From the NCBI RefSeq assembly GCF_026571515.1, contig NW_026857783.1:178878-242877 (forward strand): a DNA stretch of 64,000 nucleotides, given 5' to 3'. The stretch is from Ruditapes philippinarum. Its lineage: Eukaryota. Under the pieces are notes generated by a model. That model was not told the DNA's origin. It saw only the letters and a list, made by a program, of their open reading frames with translations, and searched no databases. The translations under genes and the position numbers were made by a program. Shown here one piece after another: positions 24,350-34,894 of this stretch. Each line of letters begins with the position of its first letter. Position 1 is the stretch's first letter.

Positions 24350-24453
24350 GAAAGCCACCAAAACCAAAAAGTTCACATTTGTTTGTAAAAACTTTGACTG
24401 GCAAAACTGTGAATCTGGACTTGAATACTGACTGTACTATAGCTGACTTAAAG
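24350..24453 (+). CDS. ubiquitin-like domain, N-terminal half
   Basis: (R)KPPKPKSSHLFVKTLTGKTVNLDLNTDCTIADLK parallels ubiquitin MQIFVKTLTGKTITLEV; acceptor ttgatctag|, donor AAG|gtattt; no in-frame ATG, so it is an internal exon. Confidence 0.75.
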
Positions 24454-24529
24454 GTATTTAATTAAATTTCTTTTATCATTTGTTGGTTATGATTTATGAT
24501 TATGATACATTAACCTGTAACTTGCTAAA

Positions 24530-24790
24530 ACTTGTTGTTGTGTTTATTACTTCGGATCACGGCAGTAAGCCACATTGAATTTACCAGAGCACAGTTCAGC
24601 CACCGCATTGTTCTTGGACAGGCTGTCGAGCTGTTTATCAGTACTAATTGCTTTCACTTTTGCAAGCAAGTGATAACTTGTATACATGACAGAGCAGAGG
24701 TACAGTGCGAATGACTGTGGTCAATCACAACAAAAGTGACCTGCACCATCTGGGAATCGAACCTGGGTCGCCCAGCATATTTTTACATGC
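24530..24790 (-). repeat. tRNA-derived SINE-like element or tRNA pseudogene fragment on minus strand
   Basis: ctgggaatcgaacctgggtcgcc is the reverse complement of a GGTTCGATTCC T-arm/B-box; no intact cloverleaf or A box could be folded by eye. Confidence 0.35.
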
Positions 24791-25725
24791 CAGTACAAGT
24801 GATGGGGAAAAGTAATTTTTCTCTTAATGAATTAACATTTGTCTTTTATTCCCAAGAGACATATATAAATCAAAATAATTTAGAAAGAAATGTTCTTACT
24901 TTAAGCTTATCAATTTATCTAATGAAGCCTTTCTTATACCCCTGAATGTAGATTTTAATCTTTAACCTATTTGATCCAAATGTGATTTAGACTTTGACAC
25001 CACTTGTTTAGAACCAGCCTAGTCTGCACATCCATGCAGTCTGACCACAAGGGCTCTATACTGTGGGAAGTTCAATTTTCATATTATTAGCTTGACTATT
25101 TGCAGAATAATCGAGCTAATGCAGTCACCCATTTGTTGGCGTTGGTGTCCCTGTGGTTAAGTTTTTGCGTGTAAGCTGATATCTCCATAACTACTGAAGG
25201 GAATGGATTGAAACTTCACACACTTGTTCTCTGTGATTATCTAACATGATTGGCACAAGTCCAATAACTCTTATTTGCTTTTTTTGCATAATTATGCTCC
25301 TTTTTTACTTAGAAATTCTTGTTAAAGTTTTTGCTTGTAAGCTGGTATCTTCATAGGGTTTGTGCTTTTTTGGGGACAATTTAATGCTTTCATAATAAAG
25401 CAGTGATTTACTCGATAAGACATCTTAATAACAAGCCTTTGTACCTTTTTGGACAATTTTATGTATTCATATAGGTAAGTACATGTATTATTATACTCAA
25501 TGAAACACCCTTGTGACAACTTTTTCGATTGGTGGAGCGCTGCTGTCCTCCAACAGTTCTTATTTTTAAATTGAAATCCTTTAAACTTTGGCTGAACTGT
25601 TCCAGGGCAAATCTTTTTCACAATGTCAGCAGGTCAGGAGTTCAACAATGATTTATCATGATAGCTATCCAAGAGATATAAGTCCGTTCTTTTTTTAAAC
25701 ACCATTTATTTGTTGTACAATCAAG

Positions 25726-25870
25726 GCTATGATACAAGACAAAGAGGGTATACCTCCTGACCAGCAGAGACTGGTTTACGCTGGACGTCAGCTAGTAGAT
25801 GACTGGACATTGCAGGATTATGATATACAAAATGAGTCAATGTTACATCTTGTATTGAGATTAAGGGGCG
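25726..25870 (+). CDS. ubiquitin-like domain, C-terminal half
   Basis: [48 protein letters not shown](G) parallels ubiquitin [47 protein letters not shown]; acceptor caatcaag|, donor G|gtaagt. Confidence 0.85.
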
Positions 25871-26195
25871 GTAAGTCTGTATGTCTTAAATATAGAGTAA
25901 AGGGAGATAATGCATGTTTCAATAACATCAGTCATAGTTGAATCCTTTATTTATTGGAAAAAGAGCAAAAATAAAGGATGATAAAATAGGTGTATTGTCT
26001 AAACATTATGAAGTATAATGACAATTTTTCTAATTTATAATTCTTTTGTTTTAGTTATTTTTGTCATTGTATGAAAAAAAAGTTAATTTCATGAAAAGAC
26101 TAAAACACTCTTGAATATTTGAATATTTCAAGCATTTTACTGTCTGTATGGAAATTTGTTTAACTCCAGTGAAAATGGTTATTCATTTCTTACAG

Positions 26196-26248
26196 GACCA
26201 TCAGAAGATCAGGTACTTAAATTTAAGAAGGCAAGAGGACTTTTGAAG
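26196..26248 (+). CDS. short linker exon
   Basis: (G)PSEDQVLKFKKARGLLK; acceptor tttcttacag|, donor AAG|gtaaaa; phase 1 to 0. Confidence 0.5.
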
Positions 26249-26774
26249 GTAAAAACATAATTATAATTATGTATTGATTAAAATGAAATACACAGGTTTT
26301 TTGTCTTCACCATATGGCTATATAGAAATCACTTTATTTAAGAAACAATATATCCCAAACAGTGATTTTATTGCTCTATAAAATCACTGTTTGGAGTTTG
26401 GATGTGAGGAATTATATTACGTGGGCATATAATGATCCTTATCCGAACGGCAAACAGTGATTTTATCAGGCATGTGAATTTATTATTTAATGAGTTCAGA
26501 TTTTCATAACACTGACTTTATAACCTGTTTTTGTAAGGAAAAAGGCAGCAGTATTTCTCTGACAGTAGTTTCACCACTATTAGATTTGTATTGTTTGGGA
26601 ATTTATAGCTGATAGTAGTCAGATGAGGCCTTTCCTTTAGGCCAGAATTTTTAGGCCAAATTTTAGAGCATCTAGCTTGCGTAATCTTTAAACTAGTGCT
26701 TTGTCCTGGTGTCTAGAGACATTTTGATCTGTGTAGAATAACATTCCATTAACTTGAGTAAAATTATATTCCAG

Positions 26775-26834
26775 CATGAAAGAGAAGCCATGTCAAAGAT
26801 TTCTGCAGATGTTAATGAAACTAAAATGCTTTTA
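26775..26834 (+). CDS. Ykt6-like R-SNARE motif, N part
   Basis: [20 protein letters not shown] parallels Ykt6 [15 protein letters not shown]; acceptor atattccag|, donor TTA|gtaagt. Confidence 0.7.
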
Positions 26835-26869
26835 GTAAGTTCTCCTTTAGTGGCCCTATCATTGCTTTG

Positions 26870-27050
26870 TTTTATATAGCTGTTTACATTTCACTTTACT
26901 ATTACACTTTACTTTAATGATATGCATTTAATTACTATTACACTTTACTTTAATGATATGCATTTAATTACTATTACACTTTACTTTAATGATATGCATT
27001 TAATTACTATTACACTTTACTTTAATGATATGCATTTAATTAAAAAGAAA
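26870..27050 (+). repeat. 35-bp tandem repeat x~5
   Basis: tattacactttactttaatgatatgcatttaattac repeated head-to-tail. Confidence 0.75.
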
Positions 27051-27614
27051 TGAGGACACCGTTCTGGACTCACTGGTAATAATGCAGGCTGTCAACCAAT
27101 TTCTAAAATTATATTCCTTTATAAGTAAAATTATACCTATTTGCAAAAATACTTCCTATATTAAATTTTATAGTATATTCTCCAAAATTATTCCTGCGTT
27201 TGGACAAAAAGGTAATCTAAGTCCTGAAAAAAATAATGTTTTTTTGGCTTGCTATGCTGGCAATACCATTGGATTGTAATTCTAAGTAAACATCAAATCT
27301 TGTTCCTATATTATTTCATTATTTTGGCTTAAACAGGTCTAAAGCCAGTTAACAGGTTGAAAATGTTGACTTAATATCCATTCCCCTATTCTTTGTTTGA
27401 CAAAGTTACTGAGCATGGAAAGTTAGAGGTTCAATTTCTAAAATGATGCATTGCTGATTTTGAGTAATTGATTTTCCCAGCTTTAAATTTATTCAAAGTT
27501 TTTAAGATTTTAAAATCAAGATACAAAAATTGAGCTACGAACTGTATAGAGCCAAGTCAGACTGCATGGACAATCTTTATATGGCAAGTTGTATTTATGG
27601 TTTTTGAATTATAT

Positions 27615-27849
27615 GAGCCGCGTCATGACAAAACCAACATAACCCGTTTGCGACCAGCATGGATCCAGACCAGCCTGCACATCTTCGCAGTCTGATCAGG
27701 ATCCATGCTGTTCGCTTACCAACTCTATTACAAGTAGAGAAACTGATAGTCAACAGCATGGATCCTGATCAGACTGCGCGGATGCGCAGGCTGGTCTGGA
27801 TCTATGCTGGTCGCAAACCAATTCTGTTGTTTTTTTTGTGACGCGGCTC
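27615..27849. mobile_element. MITE family M, full copy with ATAT TSD
   Basis: gagccgcgtcatgacaaaaccaacataacccgtttgcgaccagcatggatccagaccagcctgcacatcttcgcagtctgatcaggatccatgctg...tgtgacgcggctc; flanks atat|...|atat. Confidence 0.8.
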
Positions 27850-28032
27850 ATATATACAGCTTAACAGATGAATTTACAGAGGTAAATCCCTTAGAGATAC
27901 AGAAACTAGTAGTCCAGTTAACTTCTGGCAGTCCAAGTTTCAAAAACATAAAGGTCTTTACATTGTAACCAAATGCATGCTTCCCCTGAAACTGAACAAT
28001 ATTTTAACCAATGTTTTTTTCTCTCTTTTTAG

Positions 28033-28134
28033 AATGAAAATATACAAGCAGTACTGGAAAGGGGAGAAAAATTAGATGAATTAGTAGAAAAGTCAGGAGA
28101 CCTAAGTTTACAGAGTCAAATGTTCTATAAAACT
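28033..28134 (+). CDS. Ykt6-like R-SNARE motif core (zero-layer Arg)
   Basis: [34 protein letters not shown] parallels Ykt6 [38 protein letters not shown]; acceptor ctctctttttag|, donor ACT|gtaagt; 34 codons. Confidence 0.85.
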
Positions 28135-29202
28135 GTAAGTTTATCACATATTATAGAATGTATCAAAGTAGTATACTCCTAATGCATTACCTCCCTTTGA
28201 AGACTATTTAAATGGGCTAGGACTCAAATGTAAACTGCATTGAAAATGAAGGTATTTGGTTTAGACCGAAGTGTGGCCAACTTTTCAGCTGAACAGAGCA
28301 CATTGTTAAGTGCTGAATAGGTGAGCTTAAATTGTGATGGCAGTGTGTCCGTCATTTGTCAATTTATCCGCAAGATCTAAACTTCTTGATGGATCTTGAC
28401 CAAACTTCACAGAAATGCCACTACAGAAGTTGTATAATGGTTTCAGTATGATGCATTTAAGTAGGTCAAAGGAGCTAAAAATATACTTTAAAAATGAAAT
28501 CTTTAAAAATATTTTCCTCACAAACTACAATGCCCAGTGCTAAGATATTTGGCATGTAGCATTACCTTGTCAACATCTACAAAACTAATATAAATCAGGC
28601 CCCAAGGATCAAAAATGGCTTGGCTTTAGGGTTCACTTAGTTTACATAGGGTTATATAGAAAAAAAATACATTTAAGTCTACTTTATGAAACTGCAATAG
28701 TGTAAAGAAAAATAAAATTGATGAGTATGAATCAATTAAAGTGATTTATTAAATTGGTGCATGTGTGCAGGTCCTGTTGGGTTATACAATTTCTTCTATT
28801 CACAAATTCTACATTTCTCAAAGGGATTTTAGCCGCACTTCAAAGAAAGATTATCAACATATCATATTTTCGGGATTTTATGAGGTAGAATTATGGCCCT
28901 TTTGTGTTTGTTTCTGCTCGCAGATGTAATTCTGATGAAAAACTGTTTTATAATCATTTTTTTCATAGTCCCTCATGTACAGACTCAATCAAACTAAATC
29001 TGTTTATTTTCATGTAATTTTCTTGTGATTAATGCCTTCGAGGGATCACACTTTCTCCAGATTTTTATACATCACAACAGCAGGTGTCAAGCATGTGAAG
29101 TACTGAATTGACTAGATTTCAATAAATCTCTGCAATAAAAGTATTTTACCCAAAGATGAGCATAGTATATCTTTTAAGTTTAAGATTTTTCCTTTATTGC
29201 AG

Positions 29203-29426
29203 GCTCGCAGCAGAATTGATGACGATATGGAAAGAATGAACGTATATGATGGAACATCTGAAGAAGAAGAATCTGAAGAGTCAGATTTTGAATGTTCAGA
29301 AACTCTTGGAGTTGAACAAGAATTTGGAGTAGATCTTACTGCTGAAGAAGAAAGAGAATATGATTCAGATGATTCGGAAGGAAATTCTGAAGATGAACTG
29401 TTACATGAAGGACTGCAGATGAACTT
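29203..29426 (+). CDS. acidic (E/D/S-rich) exon; ends at GTGAGT donor, alternatively at in-frame TGA 29428-29430
   Basis: ARSRIDDDMERMNVYDGTSEEEESEESDFECSETLGVEQEFGVDLTAEEEREYDSDDSEGNSEDELLHEGLQMN; acceptor cctttattgcag|; donor GTGAGT at 29427 overlaps stop TGA; phase 2 continuation is compatible with exon 33448. Confidence 0.6.
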
Positions 29427-30035
29427 GTGAGTTTTTGTAAAGGCTATTTAGCTTTTTTTATATTTAGCTAGATTATACATGTATGTAGCTTAATAATGAA
29501 GTGGCAGATGATAATTATTGTCCATGTGTATGTTCAGGTTTTTTTTACTGAACCATTAAGCTTTGTCAATATTTTTTAAATAACTTGGCACAATAATGTT
29601 TGTTCACCATCACGAAACAATATGTCATAATTTAAATTCACAATAAGATGTCAATAATTAGGAACCATTACTGTTTCATTCCATGGGCATTTTTTATTAT
29701 TTTAATTAGATTTTCCAACAAAAAGCTCAGGTAATAAGATAAGTGAATATGGACAGACAGGCATTAGAGTGTGCCTAAGTTGTTAGAGTGTGCCTAAGTT
29801 GTAAACATTAGGTTCTCAGTGTAACTGAATATTTCTGTAACTTGGCAGTTATAAAAAAAGGGCTTACATTCATTGTAATGACTATTACACCTTCAAATAC
29901 ATATCTCTACCAAAGGTAATAACTTAAAGGTCATTCCGACAAGTTTGTTGGTAGTACAATGTATGCGAATTATGTTCTGTTCCAATAACCTGAGGATTTG
30001 TGCTGGGATGAGATACCAGCAGGGAGTTTTTTAGC

Positions 30036-31700
30036 TCACCTGTCACAAAGTGACAGGGTGAGCTTTTGTGATCGCTTTTCGTCCGGCGTCTGTCCGGCGT
30101 CCGTCCGTCCGTAAACTTTTGCTTTAAAGGACATCTCCTCATAAACCACTGAGCCAATTTCATCCAAACTTCACAGGAATGTTCCTTTGGTGGTCACCTT
30201 GAAAAAATTGTTCAAAGAATTTAATTCCATGCAGAACTCTGGTTGCCATGGCAACCGAAAGAAAAATCTTTAAATATCTTCTTTTAAACAACCCTAAGAG
30301 CTAGAGCTAAGATATTTGGCATGAAACATCTTCTAGTGAGTGTTTACCAAGTTTGTTCAAATAAAAGCCCTGGGGTCAAAATTGGCCCCGCCCCAGGGGG
30401 TCATAGATTTTCCCTATATGCATATAGTAAAAACTTAAAAAATCTTCTTTTAAAGAACCCAAAGAGCTAGAGCTAAGATATTTGGCATGAAACATCTTCT
30501 AGTGAGTGTCTACCAAGTTTGTTTAAAAAAAAGCCCTGGGGTCAAAATTGGCCCCGCCCCAGGGGGTCATTGATTTTCCCTATATGCATATAGTAAAAAC
30601 TTAAAAAATCTTCTTTTAAAGAACCGAAAGAGCTAGAGCTAAGATATTTAGCATGAAACATGTTCTAATGGGTGTCTACCAAATTTGTTCAAATAAAAGA
30701 CCTGGGGTCAAAATTGGCCCCGCCCCAGGGGGTCATTGATTTTCCCTATATGCATATAGTAAAAAAATCTTCTTTTAAAGAAACCAAGAGCTAAGATATT
30801 TGGCATGAAACATCTTCTAGTGAGTGTCTACCAAGTTTGTTCAAATAAAAGCCCTGGGGTCAAAATTGGCCCCGCCCCATGGGGGGTCATAGATTTTCCC
30901 TATATGCATATAGTAAAAACTTAAAAAATCTTCTTTTAAAGAACCCAAAGTGCATAAGCTAAGATATTTGGCATGAAACATCTTCTAGTGAGTGTCTACT
31001 AAGTTTGTTTAAATAAAAGCCATGGGGTCAAAATTGGCCCCGCCCCAGGGGGTCATTGATTTTCCCTATATGCATAAAAATTATAGTAAAAACTTAAAAA
31101 ATCTTCTTTTAAAGAACCCAAAGAGCTAGAGCTAAGATATTTAGCATGAAACATGTTCTAATGGGTGTCTACCAAATTTGTTCAAATAAAAGCCCTGGGG
31201 TCAAAATTGGCCCCGCCCCGGGGGTCATTGATTTTCCTTATATGTGTATGGCAAAAACTTAAAAATCTTCTTTGAAAAAACCCATATAGCTAGAGATTAG
31301 ATATTAAGCATGAATCATCTTCTAATCAGTGTCTACAAAGTTTGTTTAAATAAAAGCCCCGGGGTCAAAATTGGCCCTGCCCCGGGGGTCATTGATTTTC
31401 CTTTTTTGTGTATAGCAAAAACTTAAAAATCTTCTTTGAAAAAACCCAAATAGCTAGAGTTTAGATATTAAGCATGAAACATCTTTTAGTAAATATCTAC
31501 AAAGTTTGTTCAAATAAAAGCCTGGGGGTCAAAACTGGCCCTGCCCCAGGGGTGTCATTGTTTTTAACTATATGTGTATAGTAAAAACTTAAAAAATCTT
31601 CTTTTAAAAAACCCAATGAGCTAGAACTTAGATGTTTAGCATGAAACATATCTGGCCCTCTTGTTTTAGATCTTGAGACAGCAAGATATTTTATGCCTAG
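30036..31700 (+). mobile_element. satellite-bearing element: perfect 33-bp hairpin head, (GTCCG)n tract, then ~9 units of a 165-180-bp satellite
   Basis: agctcacctgtcacaaagtgacagggtgagct hairpin at 30036-30068; tcgtccggcgtctgtccggcgtccgtccgtccg; unit ...gagctagagctaagatatttggcatgaaacatcttctagtgagtgtctaccaagtttgtt..aaagccctggggtcaaaattggccccgccccagggggtcattgattttccctatatgcatatagtaaaaac; related head at 61140-61320. Confidence 0.7.
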
Positions 31701-32216
31701 CCCCTTTAAAAGGTAGGGAGCATTGTGATTTTTGTAGGGATGTCCCCTGTAATCATGTCAATTAATGAATATAGTTCAAATATTACTTAAACCCAAAACA
31801 CAAACAAATTAATTAATTGCTATCATAGTCCAATCAGTAACTTTAAGTTTATTTACTCAAAAAGGACATTACATATGAGCATTAGCTGACCTTTAAGGTC
31901 AAAGGTCAGGGTCAAGGTCTGAATGACGCTTTGGGTAAAATCCTTGTTTGATCAGTATCTTGAGTTTGTGAATTGCCCATGATCAGTAGAAAACCCCTAC
32001 TTATTATGAGCTTATTTAATACTCAAGGTCACAGTGATGACCTTGTGTTACAAAGTACAGTACTCAAAAAGTCATACTTAACATAGTGGTTCTCTGGTGG
32101 AAACCTCTGCTTAGATGTTATATAAATATTTGTAATTATATTGGTTTGAATATTTTTGTTTTCTTTATAAGTTAATTTCCAATTTTGTTATCATCCAATT
32201 CGATGTTGAATGTATG

Positions 32217-32965
32217 TATACCGTATAAGTGGTTTTTTCTGCGGGCTCCAAATTCTGCGGTTTTTCCAAATTTTGGCATGTTTTTATTTCTGCGGACTTT
32301 ATTTCTGCGGCACAGTCTTTGGACAAAACGTGATTTAAATTCTGCGACTCATCTTTTCAAAGTCTAAGTCACATTACTCTTCCTATTTTATTTGCATTTA
32401 CACATTCGTATTAAAATTTTGTTTATCGTCGTCACTGCAAAACTATATAGTAATTACAAACAATTATATTGTTTGCTTGCAAACAAATATAATGTGCATA
32501 TTTGATCAGCGTGAAATGACGTGTGAAAAATATACCCCGGTAGTATCTTTAATTTAATAAAATTGATAGAAGTTTATCGTAAATCAGACAACAATTAATG
32601 TATACGACGATTATTTAGCAGTATAAGGGTTAAAATGATTTTAATGATTTAGTAGTTAACAAACCTTTTTAACGTACAGGCAAACACTATGATGTTTAAA
32701 TATCTTTATTCATAAATTGGCATAATTAACAGTAGGTACATCCTTTCAAGCATATATTACATACTTAGCCGAAATCAATTTTATATAACTCGATGACCCG
32801 CTAACCTTTATAATCCGTTAGTCGTTATTACTTTAGATGAAACAGGTCATAATGTAGGACACATATCGTTAAAAAAAACATGGAGAAATATTCTGCGGTT
32901 TTTATTTCTGCGGTGCTGAAACTGACCGCAGAAAACGCAGAAATAAAGTCACCGCAGAAAAAACC
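32217..32965. mobile_element. ~750-bp non-autonomous TIR element with perfect 28-bp TIRs and internal TTCTGCGG repeats
   Basis: left tataccgtataagtggttttttctgcgg (32217-32245), right ccgcagaaaaaaccacttatacggtata (32935-32965); AT-rich interior, no ORF. Confidence 0.7.
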
Positions 32966-33447
32966 ACTTATACGGTATATTATCAACTCAAGTCTTGCAA
33001 CTTATTTTGTCTTCTTCTTTTTTCAAGATTGATCTCATGTATGTCGGTGTTGAATGTATTATTATGAAATCAGCTTGTGTTATTATTTAATCTCTTGTAT
33101 TGTATTTTGTATATGGTTTTGTATATTGGCGAGGCTCACAGAGAAGACTGCTCACAGGGAAGACCGAGCTTGCCCAACTGTGTTGCCTCATTAAATAAAG
33201 TCGTTACTTACTTGCTTACTTACTTGCTTGCTTGCTTACAGTACAGTACAGTACAGTATTCTCAGTGATAGGTTTGTGAAAGTTATTCATCATAATACTA
33301 TTATTATGAATGTTTCTTATCAATATAATACATAGCATTTATAAATGTAAATATACTGTGGCAGGCAAATCATAAAAGTTCAGGCATATTAGTCTCCTGT
33401 CTGTATTTAGACACAATAAAAATTATTTTAAATTTATTTTATTTCAG

Positions 33448-33484
33448 CGAGTCAGACAATCAATTCAAAGGCTGGGCAATGGAG
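33448..33484 (+). CDS. 37-nt micro-exon (candidate)
   Basis: acceptor ttattttatttcag|, donor GAG|gtataa; with upstream phase 2 reads (F)ESDNQFKGWAME and hands phase 0 to exon 34059. Confidence 0.35.
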
Positions 33485-34058
33485 GTATAATTATCATTTT
33501 TACTAAAAAGAGTATAATTGATATAAATAATATAATATTATAAAAAACCTTTTTAAATCTTTAAGGCATGATTTCTTAACCCTTTGTAGCAGCCATATAT
33601 TGGCACATACCTGACTGTAACTTTGTTATTTATATTAGACATACAACATAATTACATATGATAGTTAATTTAAAGGCATTTACTATAGCTACCGGTACAT
33701 ATAGACATAGAGGGCAAAATAAATTAATGTAACCCCTAAAAATGAGCTTCAGGTGCCCTACAGTTTCGACAGAACATATTATAAAACATTTCAAAGATTG
33801 ATTACTCACATTGTTGTCATACTGTTTTGATTATACATGGATAGCAAAAAATCTATGTTTTTTAAAACTTACACATGTAAAAATAGAATTAAATGTTCTG
33901 GAACAAAATGTACAGTTGTAATATAGAAGGATTATTTACAATTTTGTGCATGTGCCGACACAAGCTTTATGGGAATTTTATAAACATAATGATTTCAATT
34001 TAAATACTTTGGTAGTCTGATTTTCATAAATATGCAAACATATTTCTAATTATTATAG

Positions 34059-34665
34059 ATGGCACAATCCTATGAGAAATTCTCGGCACAGGCAGAGGTA
34101 TCTACAAAAAGGCTTATGGATGTAGACACACATAAAGCTACGCCTGAATTAGAACAGATGTTAGATGCTGGAGCTGATACAATGTTTAAAAAAGTAAACT
34201 CCAAATCGGCAGCATATGACAGTGATGATGAATCTTGTGATGATGATATGGGATTTGATCTTTTTGGGGGGGATAGTTATGAAAAACAGGAAAGGTCTTC
34301 ACCTAGTCCTGTCTCACGTAAAACACATGGTGGAATGCTCAATCGTGACATACATTTAAGATCACCTATAGAGATAGAGAAAGAAGAGATTGTCCAGAAA
34401 GCTGTATCACATGTAAATGTAGATATGCTAGAGTGTAGTGAAGAGCCTGAATTTGCATACTGTTTGAGCATGGAAAAAGACTATACTGAACCTATGGAAG
34501 AGTGTTATGAAGATGATGACATTTATGAGAACCCTGAAGTTGAATATGAAGGTCAGAGGGGGACCTTTGCAGATTTGAGTCATGACTTATCTGCACGTGA
34601 ACAAATTACTATGAAAGCAAATGTAGTATCAAGTTTTGATAGTGAACCTCAGTTTGATGAAATTG
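34059..34665 (+). CDS. large acidic exon containing ribosomal P-stalk-tail-like motif
   Basis: 607-nt ORF MAQSYEKFSAQAEV...DSDDESCDDDMGFDLFGGDSYEKQERSSP...; acceptor tattatag|ATG; donor TTG|gtgagt at 34666; ATG sits at first exon position. Confidence 0.65.
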
Positions 34666-34894
34666 GTGAGTATACTCTAAAAGCAATAGTTTGATACAGG
34701 TTTTTATTGCTTAAGTCTTAGAAGTTAGAAATATTGTGTCTTAAATCTGTAAAACTATTATTGGACAGTGGGACACTACTTAGATATTTAGCATGAAACA
34801 TTGACTTGTAGACCTCTACAAAAATTGTTCACGCTATAACCCTGTGGTCAAAATTGCCCAACCCCAGGGATCATGGGTTTTCTTTGTATACATA

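Noticed and set aside
30036-31700. CRISPR-like regular repeat array
   Set aside because: The units are 165-180 bp and are near-identical copies with no unique spacers. The context is a eukaryotic intron, so this is a satellite, not CRISPR. The same applies to all other arrays in the window.
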